Below, in pieces: positions 56,948 through 64,000 of a DNA stretch of 64,000 nt. Position numbers and translations under genes: made by a program. This stretch comes from Spirochaetia bacterium (lineage in GTDB: Bacteria; Spirochaetota; Spirochaetia; SZUA-6; Bin103). A model generated the notes under the pieces. That model had not been told where the DNA came from, did not search any database, and saw nothing but the letters and a program-made list of their open reading frames with translations. Where the stretch lies: contig CBDBOV010000006.1 in the NCBI GenBank assembly GCA_965208575.1, positions 1,472,001-1,536,000 on the forward strand, given 5' to 3'. Every line of letters begins with the position of its first letter. The stretch's first letter is position 1.

Positions 56948-58264
56948 ATGGAGGAAGAGAAGAAAAAGCGGATCGCGTTGTTCCGGTTCGGTGTGATCGC
57001 CGGCCTGATCGGGTATGCGAAGCTCGACCAGGGCAAGCGCGAGGCGCGCATCAAGGACCTGGCGGAGCAGGAATGGAAGATCCCATTCTCGCTGCGCAGT
57101 TCGATCAGCCGGTCGACGATCCGCGACTGGCTGCGGCGTTACGAGCACAGCGGCAAGAAACTGGAGAGCCTGTTCCCGAAGGACCGCGCGGACGCCGGCG
57201 TGGGGCGCAGCATCGATCCCGAGACCGAGTTGGCACTGGTCAATCTCCGGCGTGAACTGGCACAGGCGTCGTTGTCAGTGGTGCTGCAGGTGGCGCGCCG
57301 CCGCAATCTCCTGCCGCCCGACTTCGCAGCCTCACGGCAAAGCATCTACCGATTGTTCCGGCGCCATGGTCTGCACCGGCAGCGGCCCGCGACGCAGGAC
57401 CGGCGGCGCTTCGAAGCGGAACTGCCGAACGACTTGTGGCAAGCGGATTGCATGCACGGCCCGCGCGTGAAAAGCGACGGCAAGCTGCGCAAGACGTTTC
57501 TGTTCGCCTGCATCGATGATCACTCGCGGCTCATCACCGGCGCCCGCTTCTATCTGCGTGAAAACATCGACTGTTTCCAGGACTGCCTGCTGCGGGCGCT
57601 CGAAACGCGCGGTCTGCCACGCAAACTGTATGTCGATAACGGCCCCAGCTTTCGCTCCCAACGACTCAGTTACGCCTGTGCATCGCTGGGCATAGCGCTC
57701 CTCTTCGCGACCCCATACACGCCCCAGGGAAAGGGTAAAATCGAGCGCTATTTCCGCACCATACGCACCCAGATGCTGCCTCTGGTCAGCGATCACGATA
57801 CCCTCGAGCAGCTCAACGCCCAGCTTGCCGAGTGGCTCGACCACAGCTACCATCAGCGGCTTCACTCCAGCACCGGGGAGCAGCCCCTGCAGCGCTATCT
57901 GCGCCACCTGGAACTGCTGCGGCCTGCGCCCCAGAATGTGCGTGACCACTTCCGCACCATGGTGCGCCGCAAGGTCGACAAGGATCGTGCCGTCGCCCTC
58001 TACGGCAAGCTCTACGAAGCGCCGGTGGGGCTCATCGGGAACACCGTCAACCTGCTCTATCATGAGGCTGATCCGTCCCGCATCGAGGTGTTCTTCGAAG
58101 ATCGCTCTTACGGCTTCCTCAGTGAGTTGAACCCCCACGTCAACAGCCGCGTGCGCCGCATCAGCGGCCATGAGACCGAGCTCGAGCCGGCGCCGGAGCC
58201 GCCCGCTGATGACCCCCAGCCCGGCCCCCGCGGCGGCCAGCTGTTCGAGGAGTCCGACCGATGA
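56948..58264 (+). CDS. DDE integrase/transposase with Mu-like C-terminus
   Basis: IALFRFGVIA, HTH, LWQADCMHGP, IDDHSRL, LYVDNG, PYTPQGKGKIER.FRT, R.V.KD..V.L.G.LYE; AGGAGG RBS. Confidence 0.92.
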   Translation: MEEEKKKRIALFRFGVIAGLIGYAKLDQGKREARIKDLAEQEWKIPFSLRSSISRSTIRDWLRRYEHSGKKLESLFPKDRADAGVGRSIDPETELALVNLRRELAQASLSVVLQVARRRNLLPPDFAASRQSIYRLFRRHGLHRQRPATQDRRRFEAELPNDLWQADCMHGPRVKSDGKLRKTFLFACIDDHSRLITGARFYLRENIDCFQDCLLRALETRGLPRKLYVDNGPSFRSQRLSYACASLGIALLFATPYTPQGKGKIERYFRTIRTQMLPLVSDHDTLEQLNAQLAEWLDHSYHQRLHSSTGEQPLQRYLRHLELLRPAPQNVRDHFRTMVRRKVDKDRAVALYGKLYEAPVGLIGNTVNLLYHEADPSRIEVFFEDRSYGFLSELNPHVNSRVRRISGHETELEPAPEPPADDPQPGPRGGQLFEESDR

Positions 58265-59091
58265 TCGACCTCAGACATGCCTTCGGTTTCCAACGCGATC
58301 CGTTCCCCCAGGACGTCCCGATCAACGGTCTGTACCCGATCCCGGGCCTGAAAGCGCTCACCGAGCGCTTTCAGTATGCCCTCGGGCTCGGCCTCATCAC
58401 CGTCATCACCGGCGAGGTGGGAGCGGGAAAATCCACTTCCCTGCGCCATGTCACGAGCACCCTGCACCCCGCCGAATACCGTCTCCTGGCGGTCATCGCC
58501 ACCACCGGCACGCTGCTCGACCTGCTGCGCCAGATCTGCCTGGAGATGGGCACCCCCCCGCGCTCCTCACTGGCCGTCCTCAGCCGCACCGTGCGCGACC
58601 TGCTGACCGACATCAGGCGCAAGAAGCAGACCCCGTTGCTGGTCGTCGACGAGGCACATCTGCTCCGCTTCGAGGTGTTCGCACAGCTCCACACTCTCAC
58701 TCAGTTCGCCTTCGATTCGCAGACCTTGATGCCGATGGTGCTGGCCGGCCAGAGCAGCCTGCTTGACCGCCTGTTGTTCCATACCTCGCGCCCGCTCGCC
58801 TCACGGGTCGTGGGCCGCAGCCACCTCGATGCTCTCTCCCTTGATGACATGCGCGGCTACCTCGACCACCATCTGCAGCTCGCCGCCGGGCGGGACACCC
58901 AGTCCGCCACAGCGCGGCGCAGCGCCGACCTGCTCAGCGACGAAGCCGCCGTCGCCATCCATCAGGGCTCCGGCGGGCTCCTGCGGCGCGCCAATCATCT
59001 CGCCCGCGGCGCCCTCATGGCGGCCGCTCGCGAGCATTGCTCGGTGGTCGCCGCCGAGCATGTCCGGCTCGCTGCCACCGAGATTCTGTAG
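58261..59091 (+). CDS. ExeA/TnsC-like AAA+ ATPase
   Basis: FGF...PF, ITGEVGAGKST, VVDEAH, LAGQ, SGG..R..N.LA; ATGA overlap with the transposase. Confidence 0.9.
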   Translation: MIDLRHAFGFQRDPFPQDVPINGLYPIPGLKALTERFQYALGLGLITVITGEVGAGKSTSLRHVTSTLHPAEYRLLAVIATTGTLLDLLRQICLEMGTPPRSSLAVLSRTVRDLLTDIRRKKQTPLLVVDEAHLLRFEVFAQLHTLTQFAFDSQTLMPMVLAGQSSLLDRLLFHTSRPLASRVVGRSHLDALSLDDMRGYLDHHLQLAAGRDTQSATARRSADLLSDEAAVAIHQGSGGLLRRANHLARGALMAAAREHCSVVAAEHVRLAATEIL

Positions 59092-59100
59092 GTCGGTTCC

Positions 59101-59415
59101 GTGATCAACGTCGCTATCAGAAAAATCGCCGGCAGCGACCGCGAATACTTCGCCTACGCCAGGACGTTCGCCGGTCGCGCCACCTACTTCGTGTATTTCC
59201 GTGATGACATCTGGGGCGCCATGGTGCTGCACAACTTCACCGACATGCTGCGCGCCGTGTTCCAGAACTCACCCGTCAAGCTGACTCTCGTCGAACAGGA
59301 ACTCTCTCTCAAACATCCTGCCGTTCTCGGCTTCCTGAGACAATCTCCTGAGGACCCCTCAGCACCACCGACAGGAGATCTCGCCCGCGGCCACCGGCAA
59401 CCCGGTGCAGAATAA
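59101..59415 (+). CDS. Small transposon-associated hypothetical protein
   Basis: 104-aa ORF following the ATPase, inside the element ends. Confidence 0.6.
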   Translation: MINVAIRKIAGSDREYFAYARTFAGRATYFVYFRDDIWGAMVLHNFTDMLRAVFQNSPVKLTLVEQELSLKHPAVLGFLRQSPEDPSAPPTGDLARGHRQPGAE

Positions 59416-59469
59416 TATGGTGTCCAGATTACCGTGCGAAAAAACAGCAGAATTACGTGAGACCCAACA

Positions 59470-60499
59470 GTTGGCCACTATATGGGACCGGTATCAGGTG
59501 ACTGGTGATTCTGGCGAGGGAGTAGACGAGATTGAGTCTGGTAGTAGCGACGTCCTTTCAAGATGTCACACGCTAGTTGGGATTAGCAGGGATCTCGCGG
59601 GCAGTTGGTCGACAGATGTGTGGGCATCAGACCTGGGACCGTGGACAACTCTTATCGAGCGCGGTCGGGATTTGTTTGGCGACCGGTGGGCGTTTTATGT
59701 ACTCGCCAGTTTGGCGGCTGGAGTGTCATCAAGATCGGAGCAGGGCGGAAGTTCGGGAGACTTATTCGATTCGGATGTACCGATCGTGCAACGTGCTCGA
59801 TACGCGCGAATGCGCGCGGGGCAGTGGCGATGGTGGAAGCGTCAGCTGAGGAGCATTGCTAGCAAAGAGCAAGTCGCGTTTCTTTTGCTCATGCTGTTTC
59901 GTTGGGCGGGTCGGTCCGTGGTTGTGAGATTGAAAGAAGAAATTGAGCATGAGCTCTATGGAATGGACGAGGAGTGGTGGTCGAAGCTTGTTGGCTCTCT
60001 TCATGGCTTGGGTACGTTAAGCGGTCGGAGGCGCCTGGTTTGCGTGAGTGGTCGAGAGTTGGGAGAGGATCTCTCGGAGAGACTCGCCGCGGCGATCTGG
60101 TGGCGGACTGGCGAGAAGGGGAAGAAGTTGATGTTCCGCAACCTCTTGAACTCCTACACGGGTCCGGATGAAGCCGTAGCGGAGTTCTGCCAAGAAGTGG
60201 CTTTGGACGCTTCCGTGAGAGGTCGGTGGGGTACATGGCAGGAGTTGTTACCAGGAATCGCCAACAGGTATCGCATGGGTGTCAGGTCGAGCGGTATGTG
60301 GTTTCATCCGTTGCGGTTCTTGCGGCGCCGGGATGGTATGGAGTTGGAGGTGGCGGAGGGAATCGTGGCGGAGAGTGACCACTATCCGATGGTACTGTTG
60401 TCCTGGGCGGAGAGGGTGTGTCGCGAGGCAGGGCCGCTTAGCGATGTCATCCCGGTAGGAAGGGTAGCCGAGCGTGGGGGGTGGTTTCGACGGCGGTGA
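59470..60499 (+). pseudogene. C-terminal fragment of the gene interrupted at 55898
   Basis: Open frame begins at the transposon right end; helical, ends ...YP..L...AE..C...PVGRVAERGGWF; linkage to the 55141 fragment is inferred. Confidence 0.55.
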
Positions 60500-60731
60500 G
60501 TAGGTGCGACTCGCACGTTTGTAGCGGGCGTGCGCTGGAAGTTGAGATTATCACTGCACACAATTGCCGCATCAAGTCGGGCGGGGTGTTGCCGGAGAAC
60601 GCTCGCGTATCAAGCATCAAGTGCGAACTGGTGCTACCGATGAAATTGTGGTGTGAGTATCGTAGCAAGACGGCATGGCGGACTACAACGACTGAGCTTC
60701 ACGACCTATTTTGCTTGAAGAGGTCGTCAGT

Positions 60732-60883
60732 GAACTGCTCGCAGGCGGCAGGCTGTCTATCTACCGAATACCGAGTTGTGGTGCGGGCTACCCCGGCCCG
60801 GCCTCGCAGCCGTGGCACAAATCGCCGTTCACGGCCGACGGTGCGCTGCCTGATCCTGCGGCGCGCCAACGAACTGCGCATGG
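60732..60883 (+). pseudogene. Decayed internal fragment homologous to 54104-54287 of the TIM-barrel gene
   Basis: CCGAGTTGTGGTGCGGGCT...CAGCCGTGGCACAAATCGCCGTTCACGGCCGACGG matches CCGAGTTGTGGCGCGGGCT...CAGCCGTGGCACAACTCGCCGTTCGCGGCCGACGG; contains indels. Confidence 0.85.
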
Positions 60884-60967
60884 ATCGTCGCCCTGGTGGC
60901 ACACGCGGTCTACGCAGGCTAGCCTGATCACGTTCACTGGTGCGCCCGCGAGCACGGTCCCGGTCGG

Positions 60968-61750
60968 TCAGTTGATGGCGGCGAGTTCTTCCTCGAGGTC
61001 GGCCATTTGCGCGCCGCCGGCCATGAGCTGGCGGATGTCGCCGCCGCCGAGGTTGTCGGCGACGCCTTCTCCGATCACTTGGCCGAGGCTCAGGAAGGTG
61101 TAGCGGTCGGCCACCAACTGCGCGTGGATTTCGTTGTGGGTGATGAGGATCACCGCGATGTCGCCGCGCTTCTGCACGCGCTTGATGGTCTTGAGCACCT
61201 CGAGCTGCTGCTTCTGGCCGAGGGCGGAGGTGGGCTCGTCGAGAATCAGCACGCGTGCCCCGAAGTGGATGGCGCGGGCGATGGCGAGGGCCTGGCGCTG
61301 ACCGCCGGACATCGTTCCTACCGCCTGCTCGGGGTCGGCGATGTTGATGCCGATCTTGGCCATCTCCTGTTGGGTGATGGCGTTCATCTTCGCGGTCTGC
61401 AGGATCCCGAAGGGCCGCGGACCGCGCGTGATCTCCCTCCCTACGAAGAAGTTGCGGGTCACGGAGGTGAGCGAATTGAGGGCCAGGTCCTGGTACACGG
61501 TGCCGATCCCGGCGTCGGACGCCGCCAGCGGGGTGCGGAACGCGACCGGCTGGCCGTCGAGGTAGATTGTACCCCCGGTCGGCTGATGGACCCCGGCGAG
61601 AACCTTGATCAGGGTGGACTTGCCGGCGCCGTTGTCACCGAGCAGCGCATGCACTTCGCCGGCGTGGACATCCATCGAGACCCCGTTCAGCGCCGTGAAG
61701 TTGCCGAACCGCTTGACGATGTTTTCGAGCCTGATCAGCGGGTCGGCCAC
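60968..61750 (-). CDS. Sugar ABC transporter ATP-binding protein
   Basis: LLGDNGAGKST, VYQDLAL, MSGGQRQ, ILDEPTSAL, ITH. Confidence 0.93.
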   Translation of the reverse strand: MADPLIRLENIVKRFGNFTALNGVSMDVHAGEVHALLGDNGAGKSTLIKVLAGVHQPTGGTIYLDGQPVAFRTPLAASDAGIGTVYQDLALNSLTSVTRNFFVGREITRGPRPFGILQTAKMNAITQQEMAKIGINIADPEQAVGTMSGGQRQALAIARAIHFGARVLILDEPTSALGQKQQLEVLKTIKRVQKRGDIAVILITHNEIHAQLVADRYTFLSLGQVIGEGVADNLGGGDIRQLMAGGAQMADLEEELAAIN

Positions 61751-61751
61751 G

Positions 61752-62882
61752 TCATATGCCCCCGGTGATTCGTTTGCGGATGGTCTCGTTGCTGAACGCT
61801 GCAACGAGCAGCACGGTGCCGAGGAACATCCGGTAGTACGACCCGTCGATCCACGATATGTAGAACACCGAGTTCTGCACCAGTCCGAAGATGACCGCGC
61901 CGAACACCACCCCGACGATCGACCCGAAGCCGCCGGACAGGATCACTCCGCCTACCACGGCGGCGGCGATCGCCTCCAGTTCCTTGAGATTCCCCTTCGC
62001 CGCGTCCGCGGTGTTGGTGTCGAACACCTGGGTGGCGGCAAAGATGGTCGCGCAGAAGGCGGTGAACATGAACAGCGAGACCTTCACCTTGTCGGTGGGT
62101 ACGCCGTTGGCGCGCGCCGCCTCCTCGTTGCCGCCGGTGGCGTAGATCCAGTTGCCCACCTGCGTGCGCGACAGCACGAACCAGGCGGCGACGGAGATCA
62201 CCAGCCACCAGGCCACCTTGGCGTCGAAGCCGGTTACCCACTGGTCGCCGGCGCGGTTGAAGTTGAGGCCGAGCCAGAACAGCAGGTCGTAGAACCACTG
62301 GAACGTCTCGCCGCCGAGCAGGGAGGCGAAGAAGTCGGTCTGCTTGAAGTCGGGCAGGCCCGACACCTGGGTGGAGCCCTCGTTGAAGGTGCGGAAGCTG
62401 ACCTCGGTCGCGCCGCGCAGGATGAACAGGAACGACAGCGAGACGATGAACGAGGACAGCCGGGTGCGCACGACAATGGTGCCGATCAGCCAGCCGATGG
62501 CCAGGGTGAGGCACAGGGTGATCAGGAATGCCGACAGCGGGGTCGCCGGGCCGATCCCGAACGGCAGGCCCCACTTGAGCATGATCGCCATCGACATGCC
62601 GGCAAAACCGATCATCGACCCGATCGACAGGTCGAATTCCCCGGCGATCATCAGCAGGCACGCGCCGGTCGCGATGATGCCGAGCTGGGCGATGATCGCG
62701 AGGTTGTTCTTGATCCCGAGCGGGTTGTAGACGACGTCCCCGGCCGCGATGGCCAGGAGTACCAGGATCACGCTCATGCCCGAGAACGCACCGATCTCGG
62801 GGCGGTGGATCAGGCGGGAGAACCATCCGGCCTCCCGCAGGCGATCGGCCTCCGACTGGAGGTCTGCCGTGGCTTGCATCAT
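61752..62882 (-). CDS. Sugar ABC transporter permease
   Basis: MIAGEFDLSIG, GNWIYATGGNEEAARANGV, ELEAIAAAVVGG..L.GG.GS. Confidence 0.93.
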   Translation of the reverse strand: MMQATADLQSEADRLREAGWFSRLIHRPEIGAFSGMSVILVLLAIAAGDVVYNPLGIKNNLAIIAQLGIIATGACLLMIAGEFDLSIGSMIGFAGMSMAIMLKWGLPFGIGPATPLSAFLITLCLTLAIGWLIGTIVVRTRLSSFIVSLSFLFILRGATEVSFRTFNEGSTQVSGLPDFKQTDFFASLLGGETFQWFYDLLFWLGLNFNRAGDQWVTGFDAKVAWWLVISVAAWFVLSRTQVGNWIYATGGNEEAARANGVPTDKVKVSLFMFTAFCATIFAATQVFDTNTADAAKGNLKELEAIAAAVVGGVILSGGFGSIVGVVFGAVIFGLVQNSVFYISWIDGSYYRMFLGTVLLVAAFSNETIRKRITGGI

Positions 62883-62989
62883 CTCACCCGACTATAGCGG
62901 ATGAGCCCGGTATCGTCGGCCGCCGGCTCACCCCCGTTCCGCGGGAGCAGGCCGGCCGCCGACAACCGGTCAGCCGAGCAGCTCGGCTA

Positions 62990-63913
62990 CTAGCGGTTGA
63001 CGCCCGCCTGGGCGGCGACGCCGGCCGCGTTCGAGGCATCGACGAAGCCGGGCCCGGAGGGGATGTTCGCACCCGGGAGCAGCCCCGCGTTCTGGTTGTA
63101 GAGGTGCAGCACGATGATCGGCATGTACCCCTGCAGACGCTGCTGCTGATCGATGGTGAAGGCGACCTCGCCGCCCTGGATCAGGTTGATCACTTCCGGC
63201 GACAGGTCGAAACAGGCCAGGTGCACTTCCGCACCCACCTCGCGCACCGCGTCCGCTGCCGCCACGCACACGTGCGGACCGACCGCGAGCACCGCATCGA
63301 TGTCGCGGTCCGCCTGCAGGGCGGCGGCGGTGCGCGTCTTGATCTGGGCGACGTCGTTGGACACGTCGATCATGTTGAGGTCCTTGCCCATCGAGTCGAA
63401 GTAGCCGGCGCAGCGGTCGACCAGCGCGGTGTTGAACGACTCCTGGTTGAGGCAGATCGCGTGCGTCGCACCCTCGGCCCTGGCGCGCTCGCCCGCCTTT
63501 TCACCGGCCAGCCGCTCCGGCTGCCCGACGTGCATGAGCGCTCCCACCGCGGCGGAAGACTCCAGCCCGGAATTCATGGTGATGACCGGGATTCCGGATG
63601 CGACCGCGGCCCTGATGGCGCCGCCGAGCGCGTCCGCGTCCGGCAGGGACACGACGATGCCGTCCGGCTGGGTGGCCGTTGCCGCCTCAATGAGCCGCGC
63701 CATGTCGGCCATGTCACCGGAGGGGGCGAAATTGTACTCGAAGTCCGCCCCGACGGCGCGTGCGGCATCCTCGCCGCCCTTCTGCACCACGGGCCAGAAC
63801 GGATCGGTGCCCTGGGTGTGCGTGATCATGACGAAGCGCTCGGCGCTGGCGGTGCCGGCGACGAGCAGGATCGCCATCACGGCGAGCAGGGACGAAAAGA
63901 CAGCTTTCTTCAT
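62990..63913 (-). CDS. Sugar (possibly inositol) ABC transporter substrate-binding protein
   Basis: Signal peptide; DPFW.VV.KG...AA, PDGIVVS.PD, IPVI..NSG, FD, IDQQ..LQGY; GGAGG RBS. Confidence 0.9.
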   Translation of the reverse strand: MKKAVFSSLLAVMAILLVAGTASAERFVMITHTQGTDPFWPVVQKGGEDAARAVGADFEYNFAPSGDMADMARLIEAATATQPDGIVVSLPDADALGGAIRAAVASGIPVITMNSGLESSAAVGALMHVGQPERLAGEKAGERARAEGATHAICLNQESFNTALVDRCAGYFDSMGKDLNMIDVSNDVAQIKTRTAAALQADRDIDAVLAVGPHVCVAAADAVREVGAEVHLACFDLSPEVINLIQGGEVAFTIDQQQRLQGYMPIIVLHLYNQNAGLLPGANIPSGPGFVDASNAAGVAAQAGVNR

Positions 63914-64000
63914 GGAAAACCTCCTGTTTGTGTCTGCGAAACGAGCGTTTCGATTCGCCGCGCCACTGTGTCACGGCTAGACCGTCTCGATCAAGACGGT

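Larger units (their letters stand above)
55899..59469 (+). mobile_element. Four-gene DDE transposon with ExeA-like ATPase, TGT...ACA ends
   Basis: Left end TGTCGGCTCTCAGATTGATCTG vs reverse-complemented right end TGTTGGGTCTCACGTAATTCTG (15/22); repeated subterminal sites; higher GC than flanks; no perfect TSD. Confidence 0.75.

Noticed and set aside
55890-59480. Target-site duplication for the DDE transposon
   Set aside because: Flanks GGCCG and GTTGG do not match; a degenerate 4-bp GCCG/GTTG would restore the frame but is too weak to claim.

Overview
GC-rich bacterial window, probably a spirochaete (archaeal-type PheRS; surface-protein domains I associate with host-associated, e.g. sponge, bacteria; both are inference). 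0-16 kb is housekeeping: gatCAB plus a non-discriminating AspRS, a DAHP synthase-prephenate dehydratase fusion, radC, a Ca/Na antiporter and pheST. pheS has a structured 5' leader, and the pheS/pheT junction is triplicated in 85-bp units. From 16 to 46.7 kb lies a defence island: vapBC; an ABC-ATPase/TOPRIM-like pair; HEPN-MNT; a DUF6361-PLD-helicase (Azaca-like) operon broken by an IS110 and a frameshift; an HTH-SNF2-nuclease / DUF1156 methylase / DUF499 ATPase operon with two embedded effector modules; and a membrane beta-propeller KAP NTPase. The IS110 left end contains guide segments matching both its own target site and its donor end (a bridge RNA readable directly from sequence). 47-61 kb holds a sulfatase, a ParD-lipocalin fusion, an MT-A70/BglII-like R-M pair, a second Abi/HEPN paralog, and a decayed nuclease-NTPase-type gene split by a four-gene DDE/ExeA transposon. 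The window ends in a sugar ABC transporter. Two accessory blocks are each bracketed by an intact gene and a decayed fragment of the same gene. Family names come from motif recognition only; no database was searched.
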